This document shows, piece by piece, positions 1 through 9,187 of a stretch of DNA of 64,000 nucleotides. This stretch comes from a bacterium (lineage in GTDB: Bacteria; Electryoneota; JAOADG01): NCBI GenBank assembly GCA_963681965.1, contig OY820579.1, forward strand, positions 1,664,001 through 1,728,000. The letters are read 5' to 3'. The position numbers were made by a program, and so were the translations under genes. The notes under the pieces were generated by a model. The model saw nothing but the letters and a program-made list of their open reading frames with translations, did not search any database and was not told the DNA's origin. The first letter of the stretch is position 1; each line of letters begins with the position of its first letter.

Positions 1-2
1 CC

Positions 3-3000
3 TCCGGAACCAATCCGGGACATAATAATGTGATGTCGGCAGGTTCGTTCCATGCATATGGTGTCAAGAAAGCGCGTCAACCGGGACCGATGTTTTTCGA
101 GGGCAAATACCAGTTATGGCGTAATTACATTTGGAACGGTATTTCCGACTCGTCACAAGCGGTTCAATTTATTTATTGGAATAATCCACTCGGCGATCTT
201 TCGGTGAACATGTGGTCGGGAGTTCCGCGGAAATTATTAACGACTACACCGCGAACGATGGGATTAGGTCAAAATCGGTTGGAATTGACCGTAACCAAAC
301 AGCAAGGTGGCACCCCGGTCGCAGGCGCGATGGTAACGGCATTCAAACGAAATGCTACCGGTACAATCACAGAAACTTATGCGCGTGCGATTACCGATAC
401 CTCAGGTCATGTGTTGTTGACATTGAACAATGCCACAGCAGGCAGTATGTTCGTAACGGTATCTACGAATCAGATAGGACAGAATCTTTATCCTAAGATC
501 GATACGGTAAGCATTGTGCAACGACCGGTCGATTTATCAGTGGCGAATGTTGTCATTCAGGACGATAACAATAGCGGTCGCGTTGGCAATAACAATCTCA
601 CCGCCAATCCCGGTGAGACGATCGACCTAACAGTTTCGCTGCAAAACCGCGGAAGTTCGAATGCAACTGGAATTACTGGTAGCATCACAAGCACCGATCC
701 TCGGGTGACTGTCGGAACTGCAACGGCAACTTGGCCGACCGATTCAGCAGGATCGACCGTTGCCGCAAATGCTGCGATTCGGATTTCATTGCTTAATGGA
801 TTCAAAGACAATGAAGTTATTCCATTGCGATTAGGGGTAATCACCGATCAAGACACGAATATAATCTCGATCCCGATTACCGTTCGAACGATCAAGATGG
901 CATTTGTTTCCTATACTACGACACCGGCGGTGATCACTCCCGGTCAACCAGCATCGTTGTCTATCACGGTAAAGAATAGTGGCGGTTTAGCGACTGCGTC
1001 GACGAATGTCTCGTTGTTTACATTATCGCCGTATGCGGCTTTTAGTGTACCCACGGTGGCATTCCCGAGCCTGCCACTCAATACCAACGTTTCGAATCCA
1101 ACCGGTCAACGATTTACGATCGTCAGTAACGGTCGAACGATTCCCGGGACGATCGTCACGATTGGTGCCGCATTCAGTGCCGGTTCGAACATCGATACAG
1201 TGTATTTCACGATGGCAATCGGTACCCGCGCGACCTATCATGCGACGGGACCGGATCCATACGGTTATATGGCGTTCGACAAGACTGATACATCTTACCG
1301 AATGCTTTGTCCTACATACCAATGGGTAGAAATTCTTCCTGCATCGGGTGGTCATGGTACTCGGTTGGCATTAACTGATAACGTAATCGCATCCAATCGC
1401 TCATCAAACGACGTGTCGCTTCGCGTTCGCTTACCGTTCACAGTGCGGTATTACGGTGCCAATTACGACTCAGCGACCATTTGCAGTAATGGCTGGTTGG
1501 CGTTCGGTTCGCAGCCGAATTATCAAAATAGTCGTAACTGGCATTTGCCGGCATTCGAAGGTCCGCGGAATATCGTCGCGGTCAACTGGTGCGATCAATC
1601 CAACGATGGTTCGAACGAAGGTACTTATGTCTGGAACGATACCGCGAATCATCGGTACATCGTTACTTGGAAAAATACCTCGATGTTTACGCCTTCTGCT
1701 CAGGAATATCAGTTGATCATTTTCGATCCACGATTTAATGAAACCGCTACCGGCGATGCATCGTTGAAATTCCAGTACAAAGTCTTCAATCCAGCGGCAT
1801 ACTCTGGTGGCGAGACTGGTGTTTCGTACGCGACAGTCGGTATTTGCGATAGCACCTATACTAGGGCTTTGGAATACTGCTACTGGAATATGTACAATCC
1901 CGGTTGTGCTCCGATCACGAATGGCAGCAATTCGAATTTTGCCATTATGTTTACAACCTCGAAACCGGTAACTGGACACGTCGGCGGTCTTGTAACGAAG
2001 GCTTCAGACAATACTCCAATTCGCAATGCAGTAGTTGCATTGACGAATGGCGGTCGTAGTGCGATTACCGATTCGAACGGTCATTATTCGATGCGCGACG
2101 TTCAAATCGGCGCCTATAATATTCAGGCAACGTGCTCCGGTTACAATGCCGCAACCGATACTTTGACGGTTGTTGACAGTCTAACGACTACCGTTAATTT
2201 CCATCTTACCGCACCGCGACTGGTAATATCTTTAAATCCGCAAGACACAGTTTTAGCACCGAACGATTCACTGGTATGTTCGTTGCCGGATACTGGCGAT
2301 GCGACGACGTTGAAGATCTATTTACGGAACCGTGGTAATGGTCCGTTAACTTGGAATTCGGAATTGTTGTATGGTGGCGTATTCGATCGCGTTTCCCCAC
2401 AGCCGCAACCCATCGATCCACGGCAACAAAATGGTGGCGATAATTCAACCGACGAATTAAATAATTTGTGGGATCGCGTTTACACTTTCGATGCATCCGC
2501 AGCGGTCGGTGGCGATCAATTATTGAACGGCGTCGAATTCGACGGATTACACATGTGGATCACTGGTGCAACCAATGGTTACGCTCGTCCGCATAAATTA
2601 TACAAATTGACGCGAGCCGGTCAGTTGTTGGCTACCTATGATTGTCCCGATCAGACTGGTTTGATGGGCTGGCGCGATATGGCTTGGGATGGACATTACC
2701 TTTACGGCTCCTATTCCAACTATATCGACAAGATCGATACCTCGAATGGAAGCGTTGTATCACGATTCCAAGTGCAATCGATCAGCGTTGCTCGCGGTAT
2801 CGCGATCGACACTGCCGCTGGCATTATTTATTACGCCGATCAAAACAGCGCCATTTACAAGATGCATTTATCGGACGGCACGGCAGCCGGCAGCGTTGCT
2901 TCGCCGGGTGGTTTGTTCGGTTTGGCATGGTATCCAACCGATCCGGATAATATGCCGTTGTACGCATTCTGCCGCGATTCTTCCGGTCGTACGCGTGGTA

Positions 3001-3683
3001 CCCGAGTGTACAAGATCAATCCGACAACCGGTACGACGATATCATTGTTGTCGCTCGGTTCTTCGACTGAAAATGCCAATGGATTGGCAATCACACCGCG
3101 TTGGAATCCGATGCTTTGGACTTCGATTGCGATGCTTGAAAATCCAACTACTGGTGGCAACGATCATGTCGTGATCAACGAGTTGGCATTCAATACGGTT
3201 TGGATTCAATATTCACCGCATGCGTCGACTCTGGAACCGGGTGCGATGGATTCAATTCAGATTCATATCGACAGTCATTTTATGCCGATTGATCGATACC
3301 GTGTGGCAATTCGGTTGGTCACCAACTCCGTGACCGATACCGTTGTCGTTCCGGTAGTGATGAATGTGTATGATCATTTGATCAATTCCGCCGAAGAACC
3401 TACGGCAAAATTGCCCGCGGTTTATGCGCTGGAACAGAACTACCCGAATCCGTTCAATCCTACTACAGCGATCACGTTTGCACTACCTCGTGCCGAACGG
3501 GTGAAACTGTCGGTTTACAATGAATTGGGTCAGGAAGTCGTGAAATTGGTCTCCAATCGACCGATGAGTGCAGGAATGCATTCGGTTACTTTCGATGGCA
3601 GCAAACTGGCGACCGGTCTTTATTTCTACAAGATCGAAGCGGGTTCGTTTGTTTCGACCCGAAAGATGGTTCTGTTGAAGTAG
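3..3683 (+). CDS. Large secreted multidomain protein, 5'-truncated by the window: probable C25 (gingipain-like) peptidase C-terminal part, Ig-like domains, carboxypeptidase-regulatory-like domain, beta-propeller and T9SS-type C-terminal sorting domain
   Basis: Frame is open from base 3. 'YWNNPLGDLSVNMW' resembles the end of a C25 domain (xNLLGDP). Ends 'LEQNYPNPFNPTT...GLYFYKIEAGSFVSTRKMVLLK'. Confidence 0.75.
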   Translation, partial: SGTNPGHNNVMSAGSFHAYGVKKARQPGPMFFEGKYQLWRNYIWNGISDSSQAVQFIYWNNPLGDLSVNMWSGVPRKLLTTTPRTMGLGQNRLELTVTKQQGGTPVAGAMVTAFKRNATGTITETYARAITDTSGHVLLTLNNATAGSMFVTVSTNQIGQNLYPKIDTVSIVQRPVDLSVANVVIQDDNNSGRVGNNNLTANPGETIDLTVSLQNRGSSNATGITGSITSTDPRVTVGTATATWPTDSAGSTVAANAAIRISLLNGFKDNEVIPLRLGVITDQDTNIISIPITVRTIKMAFVSYTTTPAVITPGQPASLSITVKNSGGLATASTNVSLFTLSPYAAFSVPTVAFPSLPLNTNVSNPTGQRFTIVSNGRTIPGTIVTIGAAFSAGSNIDTVYFTMAIGTRATYHATGPDPYGYMAFDKTDTSYRMLCPTYQWVEILPASGGHGTRLALTDNVIASNRSSNDVSLRVRLPFTVRYYGANYDSATICSNGWLAFGSQPNYQNSRNWHLPAFEGPRNIVAVNWCDQSNDGSNEGTYVWNDTANHRYIVTWKNTSMFTPSAQEYQLIIFDPRFNETATGDASLKFQYKVFNPAAYSGGETGVSYATVGICDSTYTRALEYCYWNMYNPGCAPITNGSNSNFAIMFTTSKPVTGHVGGLVTKASDNTPIRNAVVALTNGGRSAITDSNGHYSMRDVQIGAYNIQATCSGYNAATDTLTVVDSLTTTVNFHLTAPRLVISLNPQDTVLAPNDSLVCSLPDTGDATTLKIYLRNRGNGPLTWNSELLYGGVFDRVSPQPQPIDPRQQNGGDNSTDELNNLWDRVYTFDASAAVGGDQLLNGVEFDGLHMWITGATNGYARPHKLYKLTRAGQLLATYDCPDQTGLMGWRDMAWDGHYLYGSYSNYIDKIDTSNGSVVSRFQVQSISVARGIAIDTAAGIIYYADQNSAIYKMHLSDGTAAGSVASPGGLFGLAWYPTDPDNMPLYAFCRDSSGRTRGTRVYKINPTTGTTISLLSLGSSTENANGLAITPRWNPMLWTSIAMLENPTTGGNDHVVINELAFNTVWIQYSPHASTLEPGAMDSIQIHIDSHFMPIDRYRVAIRLVTNSVTDTVVVPVVMNVYDHLINSAEEPTAKLPAVYALEQNYPNPFNPTTAITFALPRAERVKLSVYNELGQEVVKLVSNRPMSAGMHSVTFDGSKLATGLYFYKIEAGSFVSTRKMVLLK

Positions 3684-3711
3684 ACGCTAAGTAGTAAATT
3701 TGTTTCGATAA

Positions 3712-3747
3712 GAAACCGGGACTCGCAAGGGTTCCGGTTTCGATTTT
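3712..3747 (+). terminator. Probable intrinsic terminator
   Basis: 13-bp stem gaaaccgggactc/gggttccggtttc with GCAA loop, just after the stop codon; short T tract. Confidence 0.7.
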
Positions 3748-3839
3748 CGGTAGTTTGCTTGGTTCGTCAAAGGGTATTGTGGGGTGTTTGCTTCCACGCG
3801 AGTTTTTTCCTAACTTTATCGGCTACAAAAAAGTAGTAT

Positions 3840-3913
3840 GCTGGGGTAGCTCAGTTGGTTAGAGCGCCAGACTGTGGATCTGGAGGTCGAGGGTTCAAGT
3901 CTCTCCCCCAGTA
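3840..3913 (+). tRNA. tRNA-His (GTG), CCA not encoded
   Basis: Full cloverleaf: acceptor GCTGGGG/CCCCAGT, D arm GCTC/GAGC, anticodon arm CCAGA-CTGTGGA-TCTGG, T arm GAGGG-TTCAAGT-CTCTC, discriminator A. Confidence 0.97.
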
Positions 3914-3914
3914 C
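3869..3914 (+). repeat. attL core (3' part of tRNA-His)
   Basis: agactgtggatctggaggtcgagggttcaagtctctcccccagtac, identical to 15395..15440. Confidence 0.95.
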
Positions 3915-3951
3915 TGATAAATAGAGATTTAAATCCGTTATCTCGATACCA

Positions 3952-3987
3952 AGTGCTAACGGTTTTAGGCAAAACTGCTAACGGTAT
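3952..3987 (+). promoter_or_regulatory. Putative integrase arm-type sites, left (two direct copies of TGCTAACGGT)
   Basis: Copies at 3954-3963 and 3976-3985; same 10-mer occurs twice near attR. Confidence 0.7.
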
Positions 3988-4008
3988 TGTCACCTTTCCG
4001 AGGTCACT

Positions 4009-5040
4009 ATGCCGTTTTCTCTTTTTTTGCGAGGCTCCAAGTGGTACATGAAAGTAACCGAGAGTGGGAAAGTTCGATGGAAGTCTACCGGATGTACTGA
4101 TCACGCTGAAGCACAGAAGTTCCTTAGTGCTCATACTAGAAGTGTTTCCAAAAAACCAGCTAGAAAGCCACCAGAACCAATTCTCACCACGCAGTCGATC
4201 ACTTTATCGACTTTCATCGAACAGTATCTCGTATGGTCTTCTGCGAATCATCGTTCTGGATCGGTTGAGATTGTACAGCGATCATTAACGAACTTCAAGA
4301 ATGTGATTGGGGATCTCCCCTTAACAGCGATCAATAAACGACATGTCGATTACTTCAAATGTATCCGAATGGTTCAGATCAAACCGGTGACAGTGAATAT
4401 CGAATTGCGTACGATTCGCAGTGCCTTGTATCAAGCAAAGCGCTGGGGATTGCTTCAGGAAGTTCCGGTTAATGGTAAGGATATGTTCAAGCTGAGTTCC
4501 GATACGATTGCATTATCTGAGCAGGAAGTAACTCTGTTATTGTCTTCGATCAAAGAACCGTGGTTGAAGACGATTGTACTTGTCGCAGTGAATACGGGTA
4601 TGCGAAGAAATGAGTTGTGTAATCTTCGCTGGTCGGATATTGACCAAGAGAAAGGATTGCTCACTATTCATGAATCGAAATCGGGAAAAGCTCGCTGTAT
4701 TCCAATTCCTCCCTCGCTGATCGAAGCGGTGAAAGCAATCCGTAACCACAGTGAGTGGGTTTTCTCGATCGATGGAAAATTGAAAGTGAAAGGAGTTTGG
4801 GCGAGTCATTTGTTCAAGAAGTACTGCCGAAAATTGGGATTGTCCGAGAAAGTTCACTTCCACACGTTACGCCATACTTGTGCATCGATCATGGTTCGCA
4901 ATGGTGTCAGTCTCTACCATGCTTCCAAAGTGCTGGGACACTCCTCTGTGGTGGTTACCGAGAAATACTACGCTCACATGGGAGTAGAAGATCTAAGGGG
5001 TGCGGTGAATGTGGTGGGGGATAGGATTGTTTATTGTTAA
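4009..5040 (+). CDS. Tyrosine recombinase / phage integrase
   Basis: Catalytic motifs TGMRRNEL (R), ESKSGK (K), HTLRH, LGH, YYAH (Y); adjacent to attL. Confidence 0.95.
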   Translation: MPFSLFLRGSKWYMKVTESGKVRWKSTGCTDHAEAQKFLSAHTRSVSKKPARKPPEPILTTQSITLSTFIEQYLVWSSANHRSGSVEIVQRSLTNFKNVIGDLPLTAINKRHVDYFKCIRMVQIKPVTVNIELRTIRSALYQAKRWGLLQEVPVNGKDMFKLSSDTIALSEQEVTLLLSSIKEPWLKTIVLVAVNTGMRRNELCNLRWSDIDQEKGLLTIHESKSGKARCIPIPPSLIEAVKAIRNHSEWVFSIDGKLKVKGVWASHLFKKYCRKLGLSEKVHFHTLRHTCASIMVRNGVSLYHASKVLGHSSVVVTEKYYAHMGVEDLRGAVNVVGDRIVYC

Positions 5041-5041
5041 T

Positions 5042-6175
5042 TCAATTTATTAATGCAACAACTTTAATTGTTATATTATCAATCAAATAATTTACAGAAG
5101 GGGGAATTGGAATTGCTATCAATGGATTAAAGAAAAGGAAGTTAATACCTCTAGCACTTTTAGAATTATTTTGGCTAGAAGGATAAATTATTCCATCAAA
5201 ACCATATTCGCGAATGGTTTGTGCTAAAAATTGAGTAACTAAATATTCAGTAGATTCGTCACTTGGTCGGATAGGTTCGCCAAACATTTTCCCTAAAGTT
5301 TCACGAGTTTCTAATACTTCTAGATATTTCAAAAATAGATCATAATGAGTGAACGGTGAATATTTTAGCGAAGTCTGACGAGGTAATAAGTCACATAATT
5401 TTACTTCTCTTTTTAGCTTAAACTTTGAAACAGATACAATATCTTTTTTCGCAGGACGTACCTCATTAATTGCAGTTAATACGCTATCAGCACAATACAA
5501 AAACGGTTGACCTAGAAGATTGGCTCGTCCAGCTCGCGCTTTTTCAGGAGGAGGAGCAATTATCGAAGAACCTGAATGATCTTTCCCGATTCTTGCACGC
5601 CACAAATCAACATTTTTTTGAAGAATAACATCAATCTTTTCCAAGAGTTCAATAAAGATTTTGAAACTATGACGTGTAGCATCATCTAGTTCAACAGTTG
5701 AAATAACCTTATTGAACGTCAACGAATGTCCATATTTTCTAATTGCTTTTTCTAGCAGAGACAAATAAGAGCTAATTGGGAAGTCTAATTTATCAGAATC
5801 ATCTCTATCGAACCAACTATCGGATAATTTAGCTCCATTCTTTGTAATTAAACCAGAATCTATTAAGATATTATCCAACAATTTACGCTGAGTAGTTTCC
5901 GCTAAGCTTAAAGAAAATACACTAAATCTATTTTGAAATTTAGACAGCAATGTTTCGCCTTCTTGAAATTTTCGACGAGAAGATAGAGAATAGTCAAAAT
6001 GAATAAAACTCCTATAGATTACTGGTGAGATCATTTCTCCTAGATCAGATGGCTCTAGACGATGAGTATTTATCTTTTTACAAAATGGACACTGTTCTTC
6101 TGAGAAAACACCATTTTCTCTAATAAATTCTTTAATACCTCTCTCTTGGAAACACCCATCGCAACATTCTACCAT
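5042..6175 (-). CDS. RES-domain protein with Cys-rich N-terminal domain
   Basis: RES-type motifs LWRAR, GRANxxGxPFLY, AINEVRP, YLVTQFLA, FDGIIYPSS; N-terminal CCxxC...CxxC; AGGAG RBS; visibly AT-rich. Confidence 0.85.
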   Translation of the reverse strand: MVECCDGCFQERGIKEFIRENGVFSEEQCPFCKKINTHRLEPSDLGEMISPVIYRSFIHFDYSLSSRRKFQEGETLLSKFQNRFSVFSLSLAETTQRKLLDNILIDSGLITKNGAKLSDSWFDRDDSDKLDFPISSYLSLLEKAIRKYGHSLTFNKVISTVELDDATRHSFKIFIELLEKIDVILQKNVDLWRARIGKDHSGSSIIAPPPEKARAGRANLLGQPFLYCADSVLTAINEVRPAKKDIVSVSKFKLKREVKLCDLLPRQTSLKYSPFTHYDLFLKYLEVLETRETLGKMFGEPIRPSDESTEYLVTQFLAQTIREYGFDGIIYPSSQNNSKSARGINFLFFNPLIAIPIPPSVNYLIDNITIKVVALIN

Positions 6176-6192
6176 TTCTATCTCCTAAAATA

Positions 6193-6768
6193 TTAACCAT
6201 ATATAATTATTAACCAGATGATTAAACTAGTAATTAAAACGATAGTAATTTCTAAAGTTACCAAGCAACCCGCCTTCGTTTGTTGTGTGGAAGGATCGCG
6301 AGCTGTAGGTGTATCATTCTCGAAAGCATTTTCCCCCAGTGGTGGGCGTTCTATTGGTGGAAGTTCTTCAGTTATTACCTTTGAAGTTGGACTCCACATT
6401 TCTGGATTTACCCCACTCTTAGTAATTACCCGGTATTTCATTCTGTGGTTACGACAATAGATTTCACCGGCTTGAAGTTTCCTTGTGGTATTTGCGTCTT
6501 GAAATAGATGCTCCCCTTTGACTTCCCGTAGTTCTTTGGAGCCATCTAAAAGCTCCACAAAGAAATCTGGTTGATAACGCCCGGAAGCACCCCACCATTT
6601 AGTATAGGGAATCTCTACTCCGTGGTGGTGTGTCCATTTTGCAACAAGCGGGTCACGATCAAGCTCATCCATATACTGAAGTTCCCAACCGGAATCGAAC
6701 CATTCTCCCGCTTGTCCACGAGGACTCTTCCGCCAACCTCGCGACCATCCGCGCCGATAGCGAGCCAT
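6193..6768 (-). CDS. TnsA-N/type III Res-like PD-(D/E)xK endonuclease with C-terminal transmembrane helix
   Basis: FDSGWE...IPY...YQPDFFV...EVKG; hydrophobic C-terminus LVTLEITIVLITSLIIWLIIIYG; start overlaps upstream stop (TAATG). Confidence 0.8.
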   Translation of the reverse strand: MARYRRGWSRGWRKSPRGQAGEWFDSGWELQYMDELDRDPLVAKWTHHHGVEIPYTKWWGASGRYQPDFFVELLDGSKELREVKGEHLFQDANTTRKLQAGEIYCRNHRMKYRVITKSGVNPEMWSPTSKVITEELPPIERPPLGENAFENDTPTARDPSTQQTKAGCLVTLEITIVLITSLIIWLIIIYG

Positions 6769-7115
6769 TATACCCGCCTTGAGACGATCTTAAAGATCAT
6801 CCCACGCTTTCGGCAAAACTCTTCACCGGCTTTCAATTTCCGTTCAGTGTCAGGATTACCACGCAGGTGTGTACCTTTTACCTCATGTATTTCCTTTGAG
6901 CCATCCTCACGCTCAATAATAAAATCAGGATTATATGTCGCTTTGGAGTGATCGAGTTTTAGGTAGGGAATTTTCAAAGATCGGCAGCGCTCCCACTTTT
7001 TAACGGTCTCATCCTCATCGAGCAAGAGCATATAGTCACGTTCCCATGTGGAATCGTAAGGTTCACTTTTCCGGGTACACCGCTTGAGATTACTGACTAT
7101 TCCGTGTTCACTCAT
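6768..7115 (-). CDS. Stand-alone TnsA-N/type III Res-like PD-(D/E)xK endonuclease
   Basis: YDSTWE...IPY...YNPDFII...EVKG; ATGA overlap with the helicase stop. Confidence 0.82.
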   Translation of the reverse strand: MSEHGIVSNLKRCTRKSEPYDSTWERDYMLLLDEDETVKKWERCRSLKIPYLKLDHSKATYNPDFIIEREDGSKEIHEVKGTHLRGNPDTERKLKAGEEFCRKRGMIFKIVSRRV

Positions 7116-9178
7116 GATTCTGGTGGATTGTCTAATATAGATTTTAAAAGCGTTCGGATATTAAACTCGTGTCGAATGTAATGTAAACTGTCTTGAAGCA
7201 TTAGCAGTTGTGCTTCCCGATCACATTGACCGATTGTCAGTCCACCTAAGAACTTTTCGCTAATGTGGTATAGAAGTACTGAATAGATTATTCCTCTACC
7301 ACTTGGCGGAAGCCCGTTATTGTATAGAAGTTCCTTAGCAATTTCAAGAAGTTGGTCACCGATTTCTGTTTGTCGCTGTTTGATCGAGAGCGTTTCCTTA
7401 GGAGTGTTAAAAAGATCATTAGAGGTACTTTCACTCTCCGAATAGACAGTAGATGTGACAAAGCCCGTTCCAGTTAAATCACGTTCACTTTCACCCGACC
7501 GAACCTCATTAGTTACCGAAATATATTGACGGGGGTATTCAATGGCGTGTAAGTAATCCTGCCAACTCCCTACGAAGGTTCTATCCTCGTCTTCGATAAT
7601 ATCAGGTAATTCGATTTCTTCTTCTTCCTCCTCAAGTACTGGTTCGGGTGTAATGATTGAATCGTCAGTTTCCTCCACAGTTTCGGGATTCCCTTCGTCA
7701 AGGTCGAGTGTCTCGGTCGCTCCAACATTCTCTTTTACATAAGCGTCAATTACCTTCCAAAGCCACCCGTGGTTAAGTTTCGGATGATCAACAACAACTA
7801 GACGTTCCTTTTCCTCCATATCTAAAGGAAACATTCGTCTCAGACCGCGCCCGATTACTTGTTGTCCGTATACCGGAGAGGAAAACTTGCGTAACAAAGC
7901 AATCACTGACACCGATCGAACGTCCCAACCTTCGCGTAACATCAGTACACTAACTACAGCATCGTAATTATTCTCGTCTTTCGGTGAACCGATTGTCATA
8001 GCGACACGTAATTCTTCCTTACGTTGTTCCGGGCTAATATCCGTTTCATCATCATCCTTTGAGGCAATGACAAAGGTATTCAAATGATGTTCCTCATCAA
8101 GGACTCGCTTTGCATTGTAAGCGTCTTTGATACTTACAGCGACCACAAAGAGAATCGGCTTGTATCTATCCTTTGCTCTTAATTTTTGCTCTTCAAGCCG
8201 CCTTACCGCCAGTTCCAATTGTTGTCGGAGTGGTTTGGGACTGGTTACCCACTTTGTAGCAGGAATTCGTTTGGCTTCAATTTCCTCCCACGGTATATCT
8301 TCCACTTTAACGACCGCTCCGGTTTCAGTATCGGTATAAGTCAGTTCCACAGTTTTTATATTCGGTTGACAAACATAAATTGTCTTTACGATACCGTCTT
8401 TTACGGCTTGTTTTATCCCGTATTCATAGATCATGCGACTACGAGGGTTTTCTTTGTCGGCGCGGTCTGGAGTCGCTGTAGTATCTACCCGTAGAAATGT
8501 TTTACCGGATTGTGAAAGAGAGTCAAGCAGTTCATCATACTTAGGCGCTACAGTATTGTGAGCTTCGTCATTGAACACAGCAATTCGCCCGGTGTGGTTC
8601 ATAATGACTGCGAAATTCTCAGCGCCTTGGTCACTAGAGGTATAGAGTTGGTGAATGTTACAAAGGGTTATCGAAGCATTTCGGATACCGGCACTACCTG
8701 AACCAGACTCCAATACATGGAGCACCATATCGTGAACAAAGTGAGCGTATTCCGGGGGAAAGAACTGGAACCGTTTCCACACGGAATCGTCACGATCCGG
8801 TTTTTCAAAGTCCTGTCGGAGCCGTTCTCTAACTATAGTATTCGGAGTAATGACGAGGAAAGCTCGAATCTCGTGACAAACCCGCAAATACGCCATCAGC
8901 GCCGCTATGATTGCAGTTTTACCGCCTCCGGTTACCACATTGAGGAGTAAATCCTTCCACCCTCGATCAACAGGTTTCAGGAATTCGTTGGCGAAAACAG
9001 TTCGAAGGAACGCTTCGGATTGATGTTTCCACAGTATTGGATGGTCTGCTGTCGTTGTTTCCAAAGCTAGGTGAGACAGGAAATCACGGACAATATCCGA
9101 GGTTTCGGGAGTACGAAAGCCGGATGTTACCCATGCTTGATAAGTTCGTAAATGCGAAGCCGTGAAGCTATTAAACAA
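7112..9178 (-). CDS. Type III restriction Res-like SF2 helicase/ATPase with no C-terminal nuclease domain
   Basis: Motifs VTGGGKT (I), NDEAH (II), TATP (III), MLREGWDV (V), QVIGRGLR (VI); TTG start after GGAG RBS. Confidence 0.88.
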   Translation of the reverse strand: MFNSFTASHLRTYQAWVTSGFRTPETSDIVRDFLSHLALETTTADHPILWKHQSEAFLRTVFANEFLKPVDRGWKDLLLNVVTGGGKTAIIAALMAYLRVCHEIRAFLVITPNTIVRERLRQDFEKPDRDDSVWKRFQFFPPEYAHFVHDMVLHVLESGSGSAGIRNASITLCNIHQLYTSSDQGAENFAVIMNHTGRIAVFNDEAHNTVAPKYDELLDSLSQSGKTFLRVDTTATPDRADKENPRSRMIYEYGIKQAVKDGIVKTIYVCQPNIKTVELTYTDTETGAVVKVEDIPWEEIEAKRIPATKWVTSPKPLRQQLELAVRRLEEQKLRAKDRYKPILFVVAVSIKDAYNAKRVLDEEHHLNTFVIASKDDDETDISPEQRKEELRVAMTIGSPKDENNYDAVVSVLMLREGWDVRSVSVIALLRKFSSPVYGQQVIGRGLRRMFPLDMEEKERLVVVDHPKLNHGWLWKVIDAYVKENVGATETLDLDEGNPETVEETDDSIITPEPVLEEEEEEIELPDIIEDEDRTFVGSWQDYLHAIEYPRQYISVTNEVRSGESERDLTGTGFVTSTVYSESESTSNDLFNTPKETLSIKQRQTEIGDQLLEIAKELLYNNGLPPSGRGIIYSVLLYHISEKFLGGLTIGQCDREAQLLMLQDSLHYIRHEFNIRTLLKSILDNPPES

Positions 9179-9187
9179 GGCAAACTC

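Noticed and set aside
6193-7115. TnsA-like genes as part of a Tn7-like transposon
   Set aside because: No TnsB, TnsC or TniQ and no Tn7 ends; they are coupled to a Res-like helicase inside an integrase-mobilised element
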